Positions 11,685-26,769 of a DNA stretch of 63,509 nucleotides are shown here, piece by piece. This DNA is from Candidatus Eiseniibacteriota bacterium (GTDB lineage: Bacteria > Eisenbacteria > RBG-16-71-46). The stretch spans positions 1 to 63,509 of the forward strand of contig CAVSAC010000016.1 in NCBI GenBank assembly GCA_963725865.1. The letters run 5' to 3'. The position numbers were made by a program, and so were the translations under genes. A model generated the notes under the pieces. That model was not told where the DNA came from. It saw only the letters and a program-made list of their open reading frames with translations, and did not search any database. The first letter of the stretch is position 1. The number at the start of each line of letters is the position of its first letter.

Positions 11685-11720
11685 CGACGAGAGCCACGGC
11701 GCGTGCCGTGGCTCTCGTCG
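11685..11720. terminator. Hairpin between convergent genes (probable bidirectional terminator)
   Basis: CGACGAGAGCCACGGC-gcgt-GCCGTGGCTCTCGTCG, a 16-bp perfect stem with no U-tract. Confidence 0.6.
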
Positions 11721-11743
11721 TGCGCGGCGCGGCGCCGCGCCGC

Positions 11744-13825
11744 TCAGCGCACCACCACGATGCGCCGGACCCGCGAGCCCTCGGCGGTGTCGAGCTGGAC
11801 CGCGTACATGCCGACCGGCGCGGCGCGCCCCGACGCGGCGCGCCCGTCCCACGCCAGCTGGTGCGGCCCGGCCGCGGCGTGCGGCTCGGCGCGCTCCCAC
11901 ACCAGTGCGCCGCGCACGTCGAAGATGCGCATGCGCACCGCGCCGGCGCGCGCCAGCGCGAACGACAGCACCACGCCGTCGCGGGTCGGGTTCGGCCACG
12001 GCGCCGCCAGCTCGAGCCGGGTGGCGGCCGGCGGCGCGACATCGACCGTGGTGGAGCCGATCGAGCGCAGGATCCAGGTGTCCTTGTCGAGCTGCACCGC
12101 GGTCGGCGCGCTGGCGACGTGGAAGGTGAACGCCTGCACCGACAGCGAATCCCACGCCACGAAGGTCTGCGTGCCCGCGCCGGTGGTGACGGCGACATCG
12201 ACCGGCATCCAGAACAGCTGCCAGCCCTGGGTCTGCTGCAGCACCACGGTGACGTCGAAGCCGCCCCCCGTGGCGCTCTGGCTGCTCCAGCCGTAGCTGT
12301 ACTGCGGGTAGTACTCGCCGTAGATCCACTGCGCGAAGAACTTCCCGAGGTCGCGCCCGCCCACCGCCGAGCACACGTCGCGGAAGTCCTCGGTGGTCGC
12401 GGTGCCGTAGCGGAACTGGGCGCCGTATGCGCGCAGCGCCTGGAAGAACAGCGTGTCGGTCATGACGTGGCGCAGCATGTGGAGCACGTAGCCACCCTTG
12501 GCGTACGAGAGGTTGGAGTCGAACACGCGGTTCTCGTCGTGCTCGTCCGGCGCCCACACCGTGCCCGCGCCGAAGTAGCGGTCGTGGGTGATGTTGCTCT
12601 GGTAGGCCACGAGACCGCCCTTGGCCTCGTCCCACAGCGCCTCGCAGTAGGTGGCGAAGCCCTCGTTGAGCCAGATGTGGTGGAAGTCGCGGCAGGTGAC
12701 CATGTCGCCCCACCACTGGTGGCCGAGCTCGTGCGCCACCACCGACTCCCAGTAGCCACCGAGGCTGGTGATGGTCTGGTTCTCCATCCCGCCGCCCCAG
12801 GTGAACTGCGCCTCGCCGTATTTCTCGTCCTGGAACGGGTAGGCCCCGAAGCGCGCCGCGTAGGCGGCGATCATGCCCTTGACCTTGGCGTTCACCGCCG
12901 CGGCGCCCGTCGCGTACTCGGGGAACATGTAGAAGCGGATCGGCATCGAGTCGGTCGGGCTGCTCCGGTACCAGTCGGTCGCGGTGGTGTAGGCGTAGCT
13001 CGCGATCGATACCAGGTAGGTGGCGATCGGGTGGCGCTCCTTCCACTGCGTGGTGGCGTGGAGGCCGTCGTCGCTCGCGGACAGCTGGGTGCCGTTGCAC
13101 ACCGTGACCATGCCGCTCGGCACCCGCACCCGGACGGTGACCGAGTCGGCCTTGTCCTCGGGCGCGTCCTTGCACGGCCACCACTCGCGCGCGCCGAATG
13201 CCTCGCTCAGCGTCCACAGCAGTGGCTGGGCGTTGTGGCTGTCGAAGCCGAACACCGAGCCGAACGCGCCACCGATCGGCACGCCGTGGTACCACACCGT
13301 GAGGTCCACGGTCTCGCCGGTCGCGTAGGCGCGGTCGAGCAGCACGGTGAGCACCGCGCTGGCGTGGCTGAAGGAGGCCGGGGCACCTGCGATCCTGACC
13401 GAATCGGCGGTCATGCTGTCGCCGAGGTCGAGCTCGAGCGTGCTCAGCGGCCCGCTCGTCACCGTGGCGCGCATCCGCACCGAGCCGGTGACGGTGGTGG
13501 TGGCGAAGTCGGCGTCGATGTCGAGGTCGTAGGTGCGCGCGTCGTACTGCTGCTGGTTCGGTGTCGCCACCGTGCGCACCGCCCCGGCGCGCGCGGCGGC
13601 GGCGCGCATGGCGTAGGCCTTGTGGAACGCCAGGTAGGGCGAGACGTCCCGCTCGTCGGTGATCGCCCCGGGCCAGCCCGAGGGATCGGGCGGCAGCCAG
13701 ATCGGCGCGGCGGCGACGAGCCGGGGCGCCGCCGCGGCGGTGAGCAGGGCCAGAGACACGAGCGCCGCGCGCAGGTGCGACGCGGCGATGGAGCGGGGCG
13801 GGATGGGTCGGGGGCGTGGGGTCAT
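11744..13825 (-). CDS. Secreted M1-family aminopeptidase with a C-terminal FlgD-Ig-like domain
   Basis: AREWWPCKD.PEDKA, GGMENQT, HELGHQWWGD...WLNEGFATY, YAKGGYVLHMLR; C-terminus PWPNP...FDVRGALV...WDGR...GMY. Confidence 0.9.
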   Translation of the reverse strand: MTPRPRPIPPRSIAASHLRAALVSLALLTAAAAPRLVAAAPIWLPPDPSGWPGAITDERDVSPYLAFHKAYAMRAAAARAGAVRTVATPNQQQYDARTYDLDIDADFATTTVTGSVRMRATVTSGPLSTLELDLGDSMTADSVRIAGAPASFSHASAVLTVLLDRAYATGETVDLTVWYHGVPIGGAFGSVFGFDSHNAQPLLWTLSEAFGAREWWPCKDAPEDKADSVTVRVRVPSGMVTVCNGTQLSASDDGLHATTQWKERHPIATYLVSIASYAYTTATDWYRSSPTDSMPIRFYMFPEYATGAAAVNAKVKGMIAAYAARFGAYPFQDEKYGEAQFTWGGGMENQTITSLGGYWESVVAHELGHQWWGDMVTCRDFHHIWLNEGFATYCEALWDEAKGGLVAYQSNITHDRYFGAGTVWAPDEHDENRVFDSNLSYAKGGYVLHMLRHVMTDTLFFQALRAYGAQFRYGTATTEDFRDVCSAVGGRDLGKFFAQWIYGEYYPQYSYGWSSQSATGGGFDVTVVLQQTQGWQLFWMPVDVAVTTGAGTQTFVAWDSLSVQAFTFHVASAPTAVQLDKDTWILRSIGSTTVDVAPPAATRLELAAPWPNPTRDGVVLSFALARAGAVRMRIFDVRGALVWERAEPHAAAGPHQLAWDGRAASGRAAPVGMYAVQLDTAEGSRVRRIVVVR

Positions 13826-14814
13826 GCGTGCAATTCTACGATGTCCCGGTCCGTGAGTTCATGGTCTTTGTCGACCTGCTGGCCCTCGAAGCGCGCGTGC
13901 CCCCACAGGCGCGCGAAGCGCAGCCGGGCGGCGATGTCCTTGTGCACCGCCACCGCCAGATCGTGCACGGTGGCCCCGACGGGGAGCACGAACGGACGCA
14001 CCTGATCCGGCTTGTGTCCGGGCTCCTTGGCGTAGATGCGGATGCGGCCGAGGTCGTGGAACAGGCGCGGCCGCAGCGCCTCGAGTCCATCGCCGTGCGC
14101 GGCCGAGACCGCATCCACCGGCCAGGCGCCATCCAGCGTCTCGCGCGCCAGCGCGGCGAAGACGCCGTCGGGGTCGAGGTCGCGCTTGTTGAGCGCCACC
14201 CGCACCGGCTTCACCACGGCGAACGGCGGCGCGTCGGCCGACAGCGGCACCGCCGTGGGCCACACCCGCGCGCGCTCGAGCAAGGCGCCCAGCGAGGCCA
14301 CCGCGGCGGCGAGGTCGTCAGCGGTGGGATCGAGCACCATCAGCACGCCGTCGGCGTTGCGCACCAGGTTCACCATGTAGCTCTCGCCGTGCTGCGCGGT
14401 GACCGCGGGCGTGTCCACCAGCTGCACCTGCACGTCCTCGAACGGCATCATGCCCGGCAGCGGCACGCGGGTGGTGAACGGATAGGGCGCGATCTCGGGA
14501 TGCGCGTGGGTCAGCGCGGCGAGCAGCGTGGACTTGCCGGAGTTGGGCGGCCCGATCAGCGCCCACTGCCCCGCGCCCTCGCGGCGCACGTGGCCGGGAT
14601 CGGTGCGGTGCGCGCCGCCCCTGCCGCCGTGCTCCGACTCCTCCTCGAGCTTGGCGAGGCGGCGGCGCAGGTCGGCGTACAGCTTCTCGGTGCCCTTGTG
14701 CCTGGGCATCACCGCGAGCATCTCGCGCAGGGCGGCGATCTTCTCCTCGTGGCCCGTCGCCTCGCGGAAGCGCTGTTCGGCTTCCTTGTATTGCGGCGTC
14801 AGGTTGGCCGGCAT
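13822..14814 (-). CDS. OBG/DRG-like GTPase with a C-terminal TGS domain
   Basis: MPANLTPQY..., PRHKGTEKL, G1 GPPNSGKS, G2 YPFTT, G3-like DTPA, G4 NKRD; TGS-type TVHDLAVAVHKD...FARLWG...GQQVDKDHELTDRDIVELH. Confidence 0.85.
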   Translation of the reverse strand: MPANLTPQYKEAEQRFREATGHEEKIAALREMLAVMPRHKGTEKLYADLRRRLAKLEEESEHGGRGGAHRTDPGHVRREGAGQWALIGPPNSGKSTLLAALTHAHPEIAPYPFTTRVPLPGMMPFEDVQVQLVDTPAVTAQHGESYMVNLVRNADGVLMVLDPTADDLAAAVASLGALLERARVWPTAVPLSADAPPFAVVKPVRVALNKRDLDPDGVFAALARETLDGAWPVDAVSAAHGDGLEALRPRLFHDLGRIRIYAKEPGHKPDQVRPFVLPVGATVHDLAVAVHKDIAARLRFARLWGHARFEGQQVDKDHELTDRDIVELHA

Positions 14815-14820
14815 GCCGGG

Positions 14821-14849
14821 ATGATAGGACGACCGGTCGCGCCGGTGAA
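14821..14849 (-). promoter_or_regulatory. Sigma70-like promoter, leaderless GTPase transcript
   Basis: Minus strand TTCACC-N17-TATCAT, 6 nt before the ATG at 14814. Confidence 0.55.
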
Positions 14850-14963
14850 GGCGACCCTGGGCGCCACGCCGCGGCCGGCGCGGCCCTCGCCGCAGGCCGG
14901 CGCGGCGCGACGCGCCAGCCGCGGCCCGTCACCGCCCCCCCGGCGCCGGCGCGCGCCATCGAG

Positions 14964-14992
14964 TTGCACCGGGCAGCGGCCGCTCGTAACCT
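14964..14992 (+). promoter_or_regulatory. Sigma70-like promoter, leaderless malQ transcript
   Basis: TTGCAC-N17-TAACCT, 8 nt before the ATG at 15001, with no SD sequence. Confidence 0.55.
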
Positions 14993-15000
14993 GCCGCGTC

Positions 15001-16549
<1,549 letters not shown>

Positions 16550-16577
16550 AGTCGCGGCCCGGCGCTCGCGGCCGCCC

Positions 16578-18548
16578 TCACCGCGGCGGCGGGCTCTCCA
16601 GCACCTCGCGCACCTTGCGCAGCAGCTCGGTGGGCGTGAACGGCTTGTCCAGGAACGCGGATCCGTCCTCGGGCACCCCGCCGTGCACCACCACGTCCTC
16701 GGCGTAGCCCGACACGAACAGCACCCGCAGCGCCGGACGCAGGCGCAGCATCGCGTCCGCGAGCTGGCGACCGCTCATGTGCGGCATCACCACGTCGGTC
16801 ACCAGCAGCTCGATCCTCTCCGTGTGCCGGGCCCCGAGCTCGAGCGCCTCGCGGCCGTCCTGCGCCAGCAGCACGACGTAGCCGGCGGCGCGGAGGGTCT
16901 GCGCGGTCAGCGCGCGCACCGCCGGGTCGTCCTCCACCGCGAGCACGGTCTCGCCCGCGCCGTGCACCGATGGCCGGCGCTCGGGCACCGCCTCGGGCAT
17001 CGGCTCGAGCACGCGCGGCAGCCAGATCGCGAACCGGGCGCCCTCGCCCGGCTCACTCTCGGCCTCGATGTGGCCGCCGCTCTGGCGCACGATGCCGTAC
17101 ACGGTGGCGAGGCCGAGGCCGGTGCCCTCCCCCCGGGGCTTGGTGGTGAAGAACGGCTCGAACAGTCGCGCCAGGGTCTCGCGGCTCATCCCCACGCCGG
17201 TGTCGCGCACCGAGAGCCGCACGTATTCGCCGGGCGCCAGTCCACGCGATTCCGCCTTCGCGCCGGCGAGGCTGACGTTCTCGGTGGACAGCACCAGGCG
17301 GCCGCCGGTGGGCATGGCGTCGCGGGCGTTGAGCGCGAGGTTCATGAGCACCTGCTGCAGCTGCGCCGGATCCACCTTGACCCGCCACACCGCGGGCTCG
17401 AGCTCGGACTCGATGGCGATGTCCTCGCGCAGGACCCGCGCGAGCAGGCCGAGGGTCTCGAGCGTGAGCGCGTTGGGGTCCACCGGGCACGGCGAGATCA
17501 CCTGGCGCCGCGCGATGGCGAGCAGCTGGTGGGTGAGGTCGCGCGCGCGGATGGCCGCCATGCGTACCTGGGCGAGGTCGGCGAGCGCCGCGGTGTCCGC
17601 GCTCAGCCGATGTTCGAGCAGCTCGGTGTAGCCGAGCACGGCGGTGAGCAGGTTGTTGAAGTCGTGCGCCACCCCGCCGGCGAGACGGCCGAGGCCCTCG
17701 AGCCGCTGAGCCTCGTGGAACTGCTCCTCGAGCCGCTTGCGCGCGGTGACGTCCTGCCCGATGCCGATCAGCGTCCCGTCGGAGAGCCGGACGTTCGCCC
17801 ACAGCTCGTGGTGCGTGCGCCCGTCGCGGCTGCGGGCCTCGGTCTCGGTCCACTCACCGCTCGCCTGCTGGATGCGCTCCCACACCTCGCGGCGCCGCTC
17901 GGGGTCCGGATAGAACACCCCGAGGATGTCCGCGTGGGCACGGACCTCGGCCAGCGTCCAGCCCTGGGTCCGCTCCCACTCGCGGTTCACGTAGCGCAGG
18001 TGGCCGAGCGGGTCGAACACCGCGATCATCGCCGGGATGTGGTCGAGCACCTTCTCCATCAGCTCGGTCTGCTCGCGCAGCGCGGTGGCCGTCGCCTCGC
18101 GCTCGCTGACGTCGCTGATGAGCATGACGACCTGCCCGCCTTCCAGCGGCTCGCAGCGGGCCAGGTAGGCGAGCTCGCCCTCCGGCATCGGCAGCGTGTA
18201 CTGGAACAGGATCGGAGCGCCGCTCGAGCGGGCGCGCGCGGCGGCGTCGATGCAGGCCGCGCCCGCGGCCGGAGGCAGGACCGAGTCCATGGTCCGGCCC
18301 ATGAACGCCTCGGGCGGGACGAACAGCTGGACGCCGGTGCCGGCGCGGTAGTCCTCGATCGTGTCGTCGGGCCCGATCAGGAACAGCAGCTCGGAGTAGG
18401 CCCGCGCCAGGACGTCGGAGGACGCGCGCGCGGAGTGCGTGGCGGCGTCCGCGCTCGAGCGTGCGGCAAGGCGCTCGCGCAGGCGCGCGTTCTCGGCGCG
18501 CAGGCCCTCGAGCTCGTCGGACGAGGGTTCCGGATTCGCCTCCGTCAC
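16578..18548 (-). CDS. Cytoplasmic hybrid sensor histidine kinase (two PAS domains, HisKA, HATPase, receiver)
   Basis: LAGGVAHDFNNLL, QVLMNLALNARDAM, DTGVGM, FEPFFTTK..GEGTGLGL; receiver VEDD...TDVVMP..SG..KPF. Confidence 0.92.
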   Translation of the reverse strand: MTEANPEPSSDELEGLRAENARLRERLAARSSADAATHSARASSDVLARAYSELLFLIGPDDTIEDYRAGTGVQLFVPPEAFMGRTMDSVLPPAAGAACIDAAARARSSGAPILFQYTLPMPEGELAYLARCEPLEGGQVVMLISDVSEREATATALREQTELMEKVLDHIPAMIAVFDPLGHLRYVNREWERTQGWTLAEVRAHADILGVFYPDPERRREVWERIQQASGEWTETEARSRDGRTHHELWANVRLSDGTLIGIGQDVTARKRLEEQFHEAQRLEGLGRLAGGVAHDFNNLLTAVLGYTELLEHRLSADTAALADLAQVRMAAIRARDLTHQLLAIARRQVISPCPVDPNALTLETLGLLARVLREDIAIESELEPAVWRVKVDPAQLQQVLMNLALNARDAMPTGGRLVLSTENVSLAGAKAESRGLAPGEYVRLSVRDTGVGMSRETLARLFEPFFTTKPRGEGTGLGLATVYGIVRQSGGHIEAESEPGEGARFAIWLPRVLEPMPEAVPERRPSVHGAGETVLAVEDDPAVRALTAQTLRAAGYVVLLAQDGREALELGARHTERIELLVTDVVMPHMSGRQLADAMLRLRPALRVLFVSGYAEDVVVHGGVPEDGSAFLDKPFTPTELLRKVREVLESPPPR

Positions 18549-18555
18549 GACGTCC

Positions 18556-19848
<1,293 letters not shown>

Positions 19849-19910
19849 CGCGTGGTCCTCGGTGGCGGATGACGGGGTCGGCGCGACTCTACACCAGCGC
19901 CCGCCGGCTT

Positions 19911-21302
19911 TCAGCCCTGACGTGCCTCGTCGATGACCACGCGCGCCACGCGGTGCGACAGGCGCTGGGCCACGCGCGCCACCAGGAACAGCGCCACCGC
20001 CACCAGCCCCACCACCAGTCCCCACCACAGCCCGACCGCGCCGAGGCCGAGCCGGAACGCCAGCGCCAGGCTGATCGGCAGGCCCACCAGCCAGAAGCCG
20101 AGCACGTTGACGATCATGGGGGTGCGCGTGTCGCCGACGCCGCGCAGCACGCCGATCGACACCACCTGCAGGCCGTCGAACACCTGGAACACGCCCGCGA
20201 TCGGGATCAGCGTCACCGCCACCGCGAGCACCGTGCCCTCGCGCGAGTACACGCCCGCGAGCGCCGCGGGCGCCAGCAGCAGCACCATCGCCGACGCCAG
20301 CATGAAGGTGGCGCCGGTGACGAGCGCGGCCACCGCGCCGCGGCGCGCCCCGCCGGCATCACCCGCGCCCACCGCCTGGCCCACCAGCACCGCGGCCGCC
20401 CCGGAGACGCCGAGTGGCACCATGAAGGTGAGCGAGGCGATGTTGATGGCGATCTGGTGCGCGGCCATGGCGTCGGTGCCGATGCGCCCCATCAGCAGCG
20501 CCACCACCGAGAACACCCCCATCTCGAGCTCGAACTGGACCCCGATGGGAAGTCCGAGCCGCAGCATGCGCAGCAGCGGCGCGAGCTCGAGCGCCTCGCG
20601 CCGCGGCCGCGACAGGTGCGGCACGAGGTCGCGCCACGCCAGCGCGAGCAGCCCCAGCATCAGCGCCCAGCGCGCCGCGGCGGTGGCCCAGGCCGCCCCC
20701 GCCGTGCCGAGCGCGGGCGCACCACCGTGGCCGAAGATGAGCGCCCACGCCAGCACCAGGTTGAGCACGTTCGCGGCCACCATCACGGTCACGATCGGGG
20801 CCAGCCGGCCCATCGCCTGCAGGCTCTGACGCAGCACGATGAAGCCGTAGAAGGGCAGCACCCCCGGCACGCACGCCGCCGCGTAGCGCGCCGCCCGCGG
20901 CACCACGTCGGCGGGCTGGCCCAGCAGCACGAACACCTGGCGCGCCGGGAGGAAGCCGAACGAGGTCACCGCCGCGAGTAGCGCCGCCAGCACCAGGCCG
21001 CGCTGCACGCCGCGCGTCACGCTCTCGCCATCGCCCGCGCCCACGGCCTGGGCGACGATCGGGTCGAGCGCGAACAGCGTGCCCATACCGAGGCCGACGA
21101 TGCCGAAGAAGTAGAGGTTGCCGAGGGCGCCCCCGGCCAGGTCGGCGGCCGAGAGATGGCCGAGCAGGATCGAGTCGACCACGCCCATCGCCATCATCCC
21201 GACCTGCACCACCACGATGGGGAGCGCCAGCGCCAGCAGCCGCCGGAAGTCGGCGGCGGCGGGGCGGAACGAGCGCGGGTCGGTGGCGGCGGTGCGGATC
21301 AT
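19911..21302 (-). CDS. MATE family efflux transporter (NorM-like)
   Basis: LLALALPIVVVQVG..MGVVDS, LGLPIG..., AAHQIAIN..SLTFMVPLG, FQVFDGLQV...GVLRGVGDTR. Confidence 0.9.
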   Translation of the reverse strand: MIRTAATDPRSFRPAAADFRRLLALALPIVVVQVGMMAMGVVDSILLGHLSAADLAGGALGNLYFFGIVGLGMGTLFALDPIVAQAVGAGDGESVTRGVQRGLVLAALLAAVTSFGFLPARQVFVLLGQPADVVPRAARYAAACVPGVLPFYGFIVLRQSLQAMGRLAPIVTVMVAANVLNLVLAWALIFGHGGAPALGTAGAAWATAAARWALMLGLLALAWRDLVPHLSRPRREALELAPLLRMLRLGLPIGVQFELEMGVFSVVALLMGRIGTDAMAAHQIAINIASLTFMVPLGVSGAAAVLVGQAVGAGDAGGARRGAVAALVTGATFMLASAMVLLLAPAALAGVYSREGTVLAVAVTLIPIAGVFQVFDGLQVVSIGVLRGVGDTRTPMIVNVLGFWLVGLPISLALAFRLGLGAVGLWWGLVVGLVAVALFLVARVAQRLSHRVARVVIDEARQG

Positions 21303-21391
21303 GGGTCCCTCGGACCGCGCATCCGCCGCAGACGCCGGCGCGCGCGGCTCGCGTGAGCCGCGCGCGCGGGGTCCGCGCCGAGGCGCGGGTG

Positions 21392-22069
21392 CTACTCCTT
21401 CTTCATCGAGCCGACGAGCGCGTCGAAGTCGCCCTTGGCCGCGTCCAGCGTCTTCTTGGGGCCGGTGAGCTTGAAGAACACCGAGCCCTGCGGTCCCGAG
21501 ACGATCGCGCCCAGCAGCGCGTAGCCCGGGCGGGTGCCGGTGGACTGCATCATCGGGCCGGCCGGCGCCAGATAGGTGCCGGTCACCTTCACCAGCGACA
21601 CCTTGAGCCCGTTGACCTCGCGCGCGGAGCGGTCGGCCGGGCCCGCGCCCTGGAACTGCCCGACCCAGCGCTGGATGTTGGACTCCACGTCGCCGCCCTG
21701 CGAGGCCCCGAAGTAGAACACGCCGCACTCGCCGCCCTCGGGATCGCCCGCCGCCGCCGGCACCATGTAGGTCGCGACGCGCATCGGCCGGTCGGCGCCG
21801 AGGGTCCAGCGCTTGGGCAGGGTCCACTTCACCCCGGCCGCGGCATCGGGCGCCGTGCTCGGCGGCGCGTCCACCACGCTGCCGCCCATCGGCTCGTGGC
21901 CCGGAGGCATCTGGCCACCGGCGTCGCCGTTGGGCGCGAGCATGCCGCGGGTCTCTGCGCTCGGATCCGGCTGGGCCGCGGTCCCGGGGGCCGGCTTCTT
22001 CTGGCAGCCCACCAGCGCGAGGGCGGCACACAGCAGGGCGACGATCGGAAGATGGGCGATGCGATCCAT
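21392..22069 (-). CDS. Conserved hypothetical lipoprotein
   Basis: Lipobox ALVG-C; Pro/Gly-rich linker with MPPGH; MRVATY...VFYFG..QGG.VESNIQRWVGQF...FFKLTGP. Confidence 0.7.
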   Translation of the reverse strand: MDRIAHLPIVALLCAALALVGCQKKPAPGTAAQPDPSAETRGMLAPNGDAGGQMPPGHEPMGGSVVDAPPSTAPDAAAGVKWTLPKRWTLGADRPMRVATYMVPAAAGDPEGGECGVFYFGASQGGDVESNIQRWVGQFQGAGPADRSAREVNGLKVSLVKVTGTYLAPAGPMMQSTGTRPGYALLGAIVSGPQGSVFFKLTGPKKTLDAAKGDFDALVGSMKKE

Positions 22070-22234
22070 GAGCAGGACTCCTTCGGTGTGACGCGGGGCG
22101 CGGCCGCCCCGGGGGACGATGGACACGAGCGCGGGGCATCCTAGCATTGCCCGCGGCGCCCCGCACGCAGGCGGCCAGGGGGACCGCGACCCCGCTGGCA
22201 GCCGGGGCCGCGAGCCTGTGCTAGCGTCCGCCCC

Positions 22235-24404
22235 ATGCGCCGCCTGGATCCTCGCTCCCTCGCCCGCCGCACCCTGTCGGTGGTGGCGCTGGTCGCGGGC
22301 CTGTCCGCCGCCCGCGCCCAGGCCCAGCCGCTGATCGAGCCCATCGGCGATCGGCTCGCGCGCTGCTGGCCCGACAGCGCCGCGCGCGCCGCGGCCCGGC
22401 CCTCGCTCGCGCTGGTGGTGCCTGATCCGCCGCTGCGGGCCGGCGCCGCGCGTCCCTCCGTCACCCCGCGTTTCGCCACCGAGGCCGGCGCGCGGGTGGC
22501 GCGCGTGGCGATCGAGCGCGGCACCACGCTCTACGGCACCGGCGAGGTCGCGGGCCCGCTGGCTCCGCAATGGCCGCACGGTCGTGCGTGGAACACCGAC
22601 GCCTACGGCTGGAGCGACGGCACGCCCTCGCTCTACCAGTCGCACCCGTGGGTGCTGGCGGTGCGTGCCGACGGCACCGCGTTCGGCGTGCTCGCCGACA
22701 CGCCCGGCCGCCTGGTGGTGGATCTCACGCGCGGCATCGAGTTCCGCGCCCAGGGGCCGGCGTTCCCGCTCGTGATCGTCGAGCGCGGCTCGCCCGCAGC
22801 GTGGTGATGGCGCTCGCCGACCTCACCGGCCACATGCCGCTGCCGCCGCGGTGGGCGCTGGGCTACCACCAGTGCCGCTACTCGTACGCCCCCGCCGCCG
22901 AGGTGCCGCGCATCGCCGACGAGCTCCGCGCGCGGCACATCCCGTGCGACGTGCTGTGGCTGGACATCGACTACATGGACGGCAACCGCTCGTTCACGTT
23001 CGACCCGCGCGGCTTCCCCGACCCGGCCGGGATGAACGCGCGCCTTCACGCGCAGGGCTTCCACACCGTGTGGATCATCGATCCCGGCATCAAGGCGGAG
23101 CCCGGCTACTGCGTGTACGACCAGGGCACGGCCGGCGACGCACTGGGTCCGGGACCGCCGGCGGCGCCGACTCCACGGCCAGGTCTGGCCCGGCGACTGC
23201 GTCTTCCCCGACTTCACCCGCGACGCCACGCGGCGCTGGTGGGGCGGGCTCTACGCCGGATTTGCTGGCGCAGCGGCGTCGACGGCATCTGGAACGACAT
23301 GAACGAGCCCGCGGTCTTCGACGTGGACTCGAAGACCATGCCGCTCGACCAACCTCCACCGCGGCGGACGACGAGCTCGGCGGGCCGGGCCTGCACGCGC
23401 GCTACCACAACGTCTACGGCATGCTGATGGCGCGCGCCACCCACGACGGGCTGCTCGCGCCGCGGCCCGACCGGCGTCCGTTCGTGCTCTCGCGCGCCAA
23501 CTTCATCGGCGGCCAGCGCTACGCCGCGACCTGGACCGGCGACAACCGCGGCACCTGGCCGCACCTGACGGTGGTCGGTGGCATGACGCTGAACCTCGGC
23601 CTGTCGGGCCAGCCGTTCGCCGGGCGCCGACATCGGCGGTTTCGCGGGCGCGACCGAGCCGCGCCTGTTCGCGCGCTGGATGGGCGTGGGCACGCTGCTG
23701 CCGTTCGCGCGCGGTCACGCCGAGAAGGGCAACACGCGCAAGGAGCCGTGGAGCTTCGGCCCCGCGGTCGAGGCCACCTGCCGGCGCGCGCTCGAGACGC
23801 GCTACCGGCTGCTGCCCTACCTCTATACCGCTCTTCCGCGAGGCGGCTCGTGACCGGCCTGCCGGTGGCGCGGCCCGTGTTCTTCGCCGATCCGCGCGAC
23901 CCCGCGCTGCGCCGCGAGGATCACGCCTTCCTGCTCGGCGCCGACCTGCTGGTGATCCCCGAGCTCGACGACGACCGCGGCCACGTCTTCTGCCTGCCGC
24001 GCGGCGACTGGCGCGAGGCGCGGATCGTGAGCCCGCTCGCGGACGGCGCGCGCGACCCCGACCTGCCGCGCCTCGAGGTGCGCGGCGGCGCCATCGTGCC
24101 GCTGGCTCCGGTGATGCAGTACGCGGACGAGCGCCCGCTCGAGGAGGTCACGCTGCTGGTGAGCCTCGATGCGCGCGGGCGCGCCCGTGGCACGCTCTAC
24201 GAGGACGCTGGCGACGGCTTCGCCTACACCCGCGGCGAGTACCGGCTCACCCGCTTCGAGGCCGCGGTCGAGGGCGGCGTGCTGCGCATGAGCGAGCGCC
24301 ACGAGGGCGCCTGGACGCCGCCTGCGGGACGGCGCTACGCGGTGACGGTGCTGCGTCGGGCGGACGAGCCGGGACCGCGCATCACGCGGGTGGTGGGCCT
24401 GTAG
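22235..24404 (+). CDS. Glycoside hydrolase family 31 (alpha-glucosidase-like) with a signal peptide; frameshifted
   Basis: LYQSHPWVL, LPPRWALGYHQCRYSY, WLDIDYMDG, IIDPG, nucleophile GIWNDMNEP, HNVYG, WTGDN, DIGGF, LYEDAGDG. Confidence 0.9.
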
Positions 24405-24420
24405 TCCGGCGCGGCGCGTC

Positions 24421-26595
<2,175 letters not shown>

Positions 26596-26769
26596 GCGGT
26601 CCTCCGACGCCCGGGCCGAGGGGCGGGCCCGGGGATGCGCGCAGTCTACACCTGCCGCGCGTCCGCGCGACCCCACCGGGTGGAGGCGCCCCCGCCCTGA
26701 CAGGCCGCGCTCCATCCACTAGACTCCGCGCGACCCCCCGGATCGGTTCCGCCAGCCACGGAGTCCCCG

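Noticed and set aside
8964..13295. Very long alternative-frame and antisense ORFs (also 42216-45842, 36005-38560, 24472-26700 and many others)
   Set aside because: These are Arg/Ala/Gly/Pro-rich shadow ORFs expected in very GC-rich DNA. They overlap well-supported genes and carry no motifs.
19911..22166. 751-aa ORF as an N-terminally extended MATE transporter
   Set aside because: The extension overlaps the lipoprotein gene in another frame. MATE similarity begins at the ATG at 21302.
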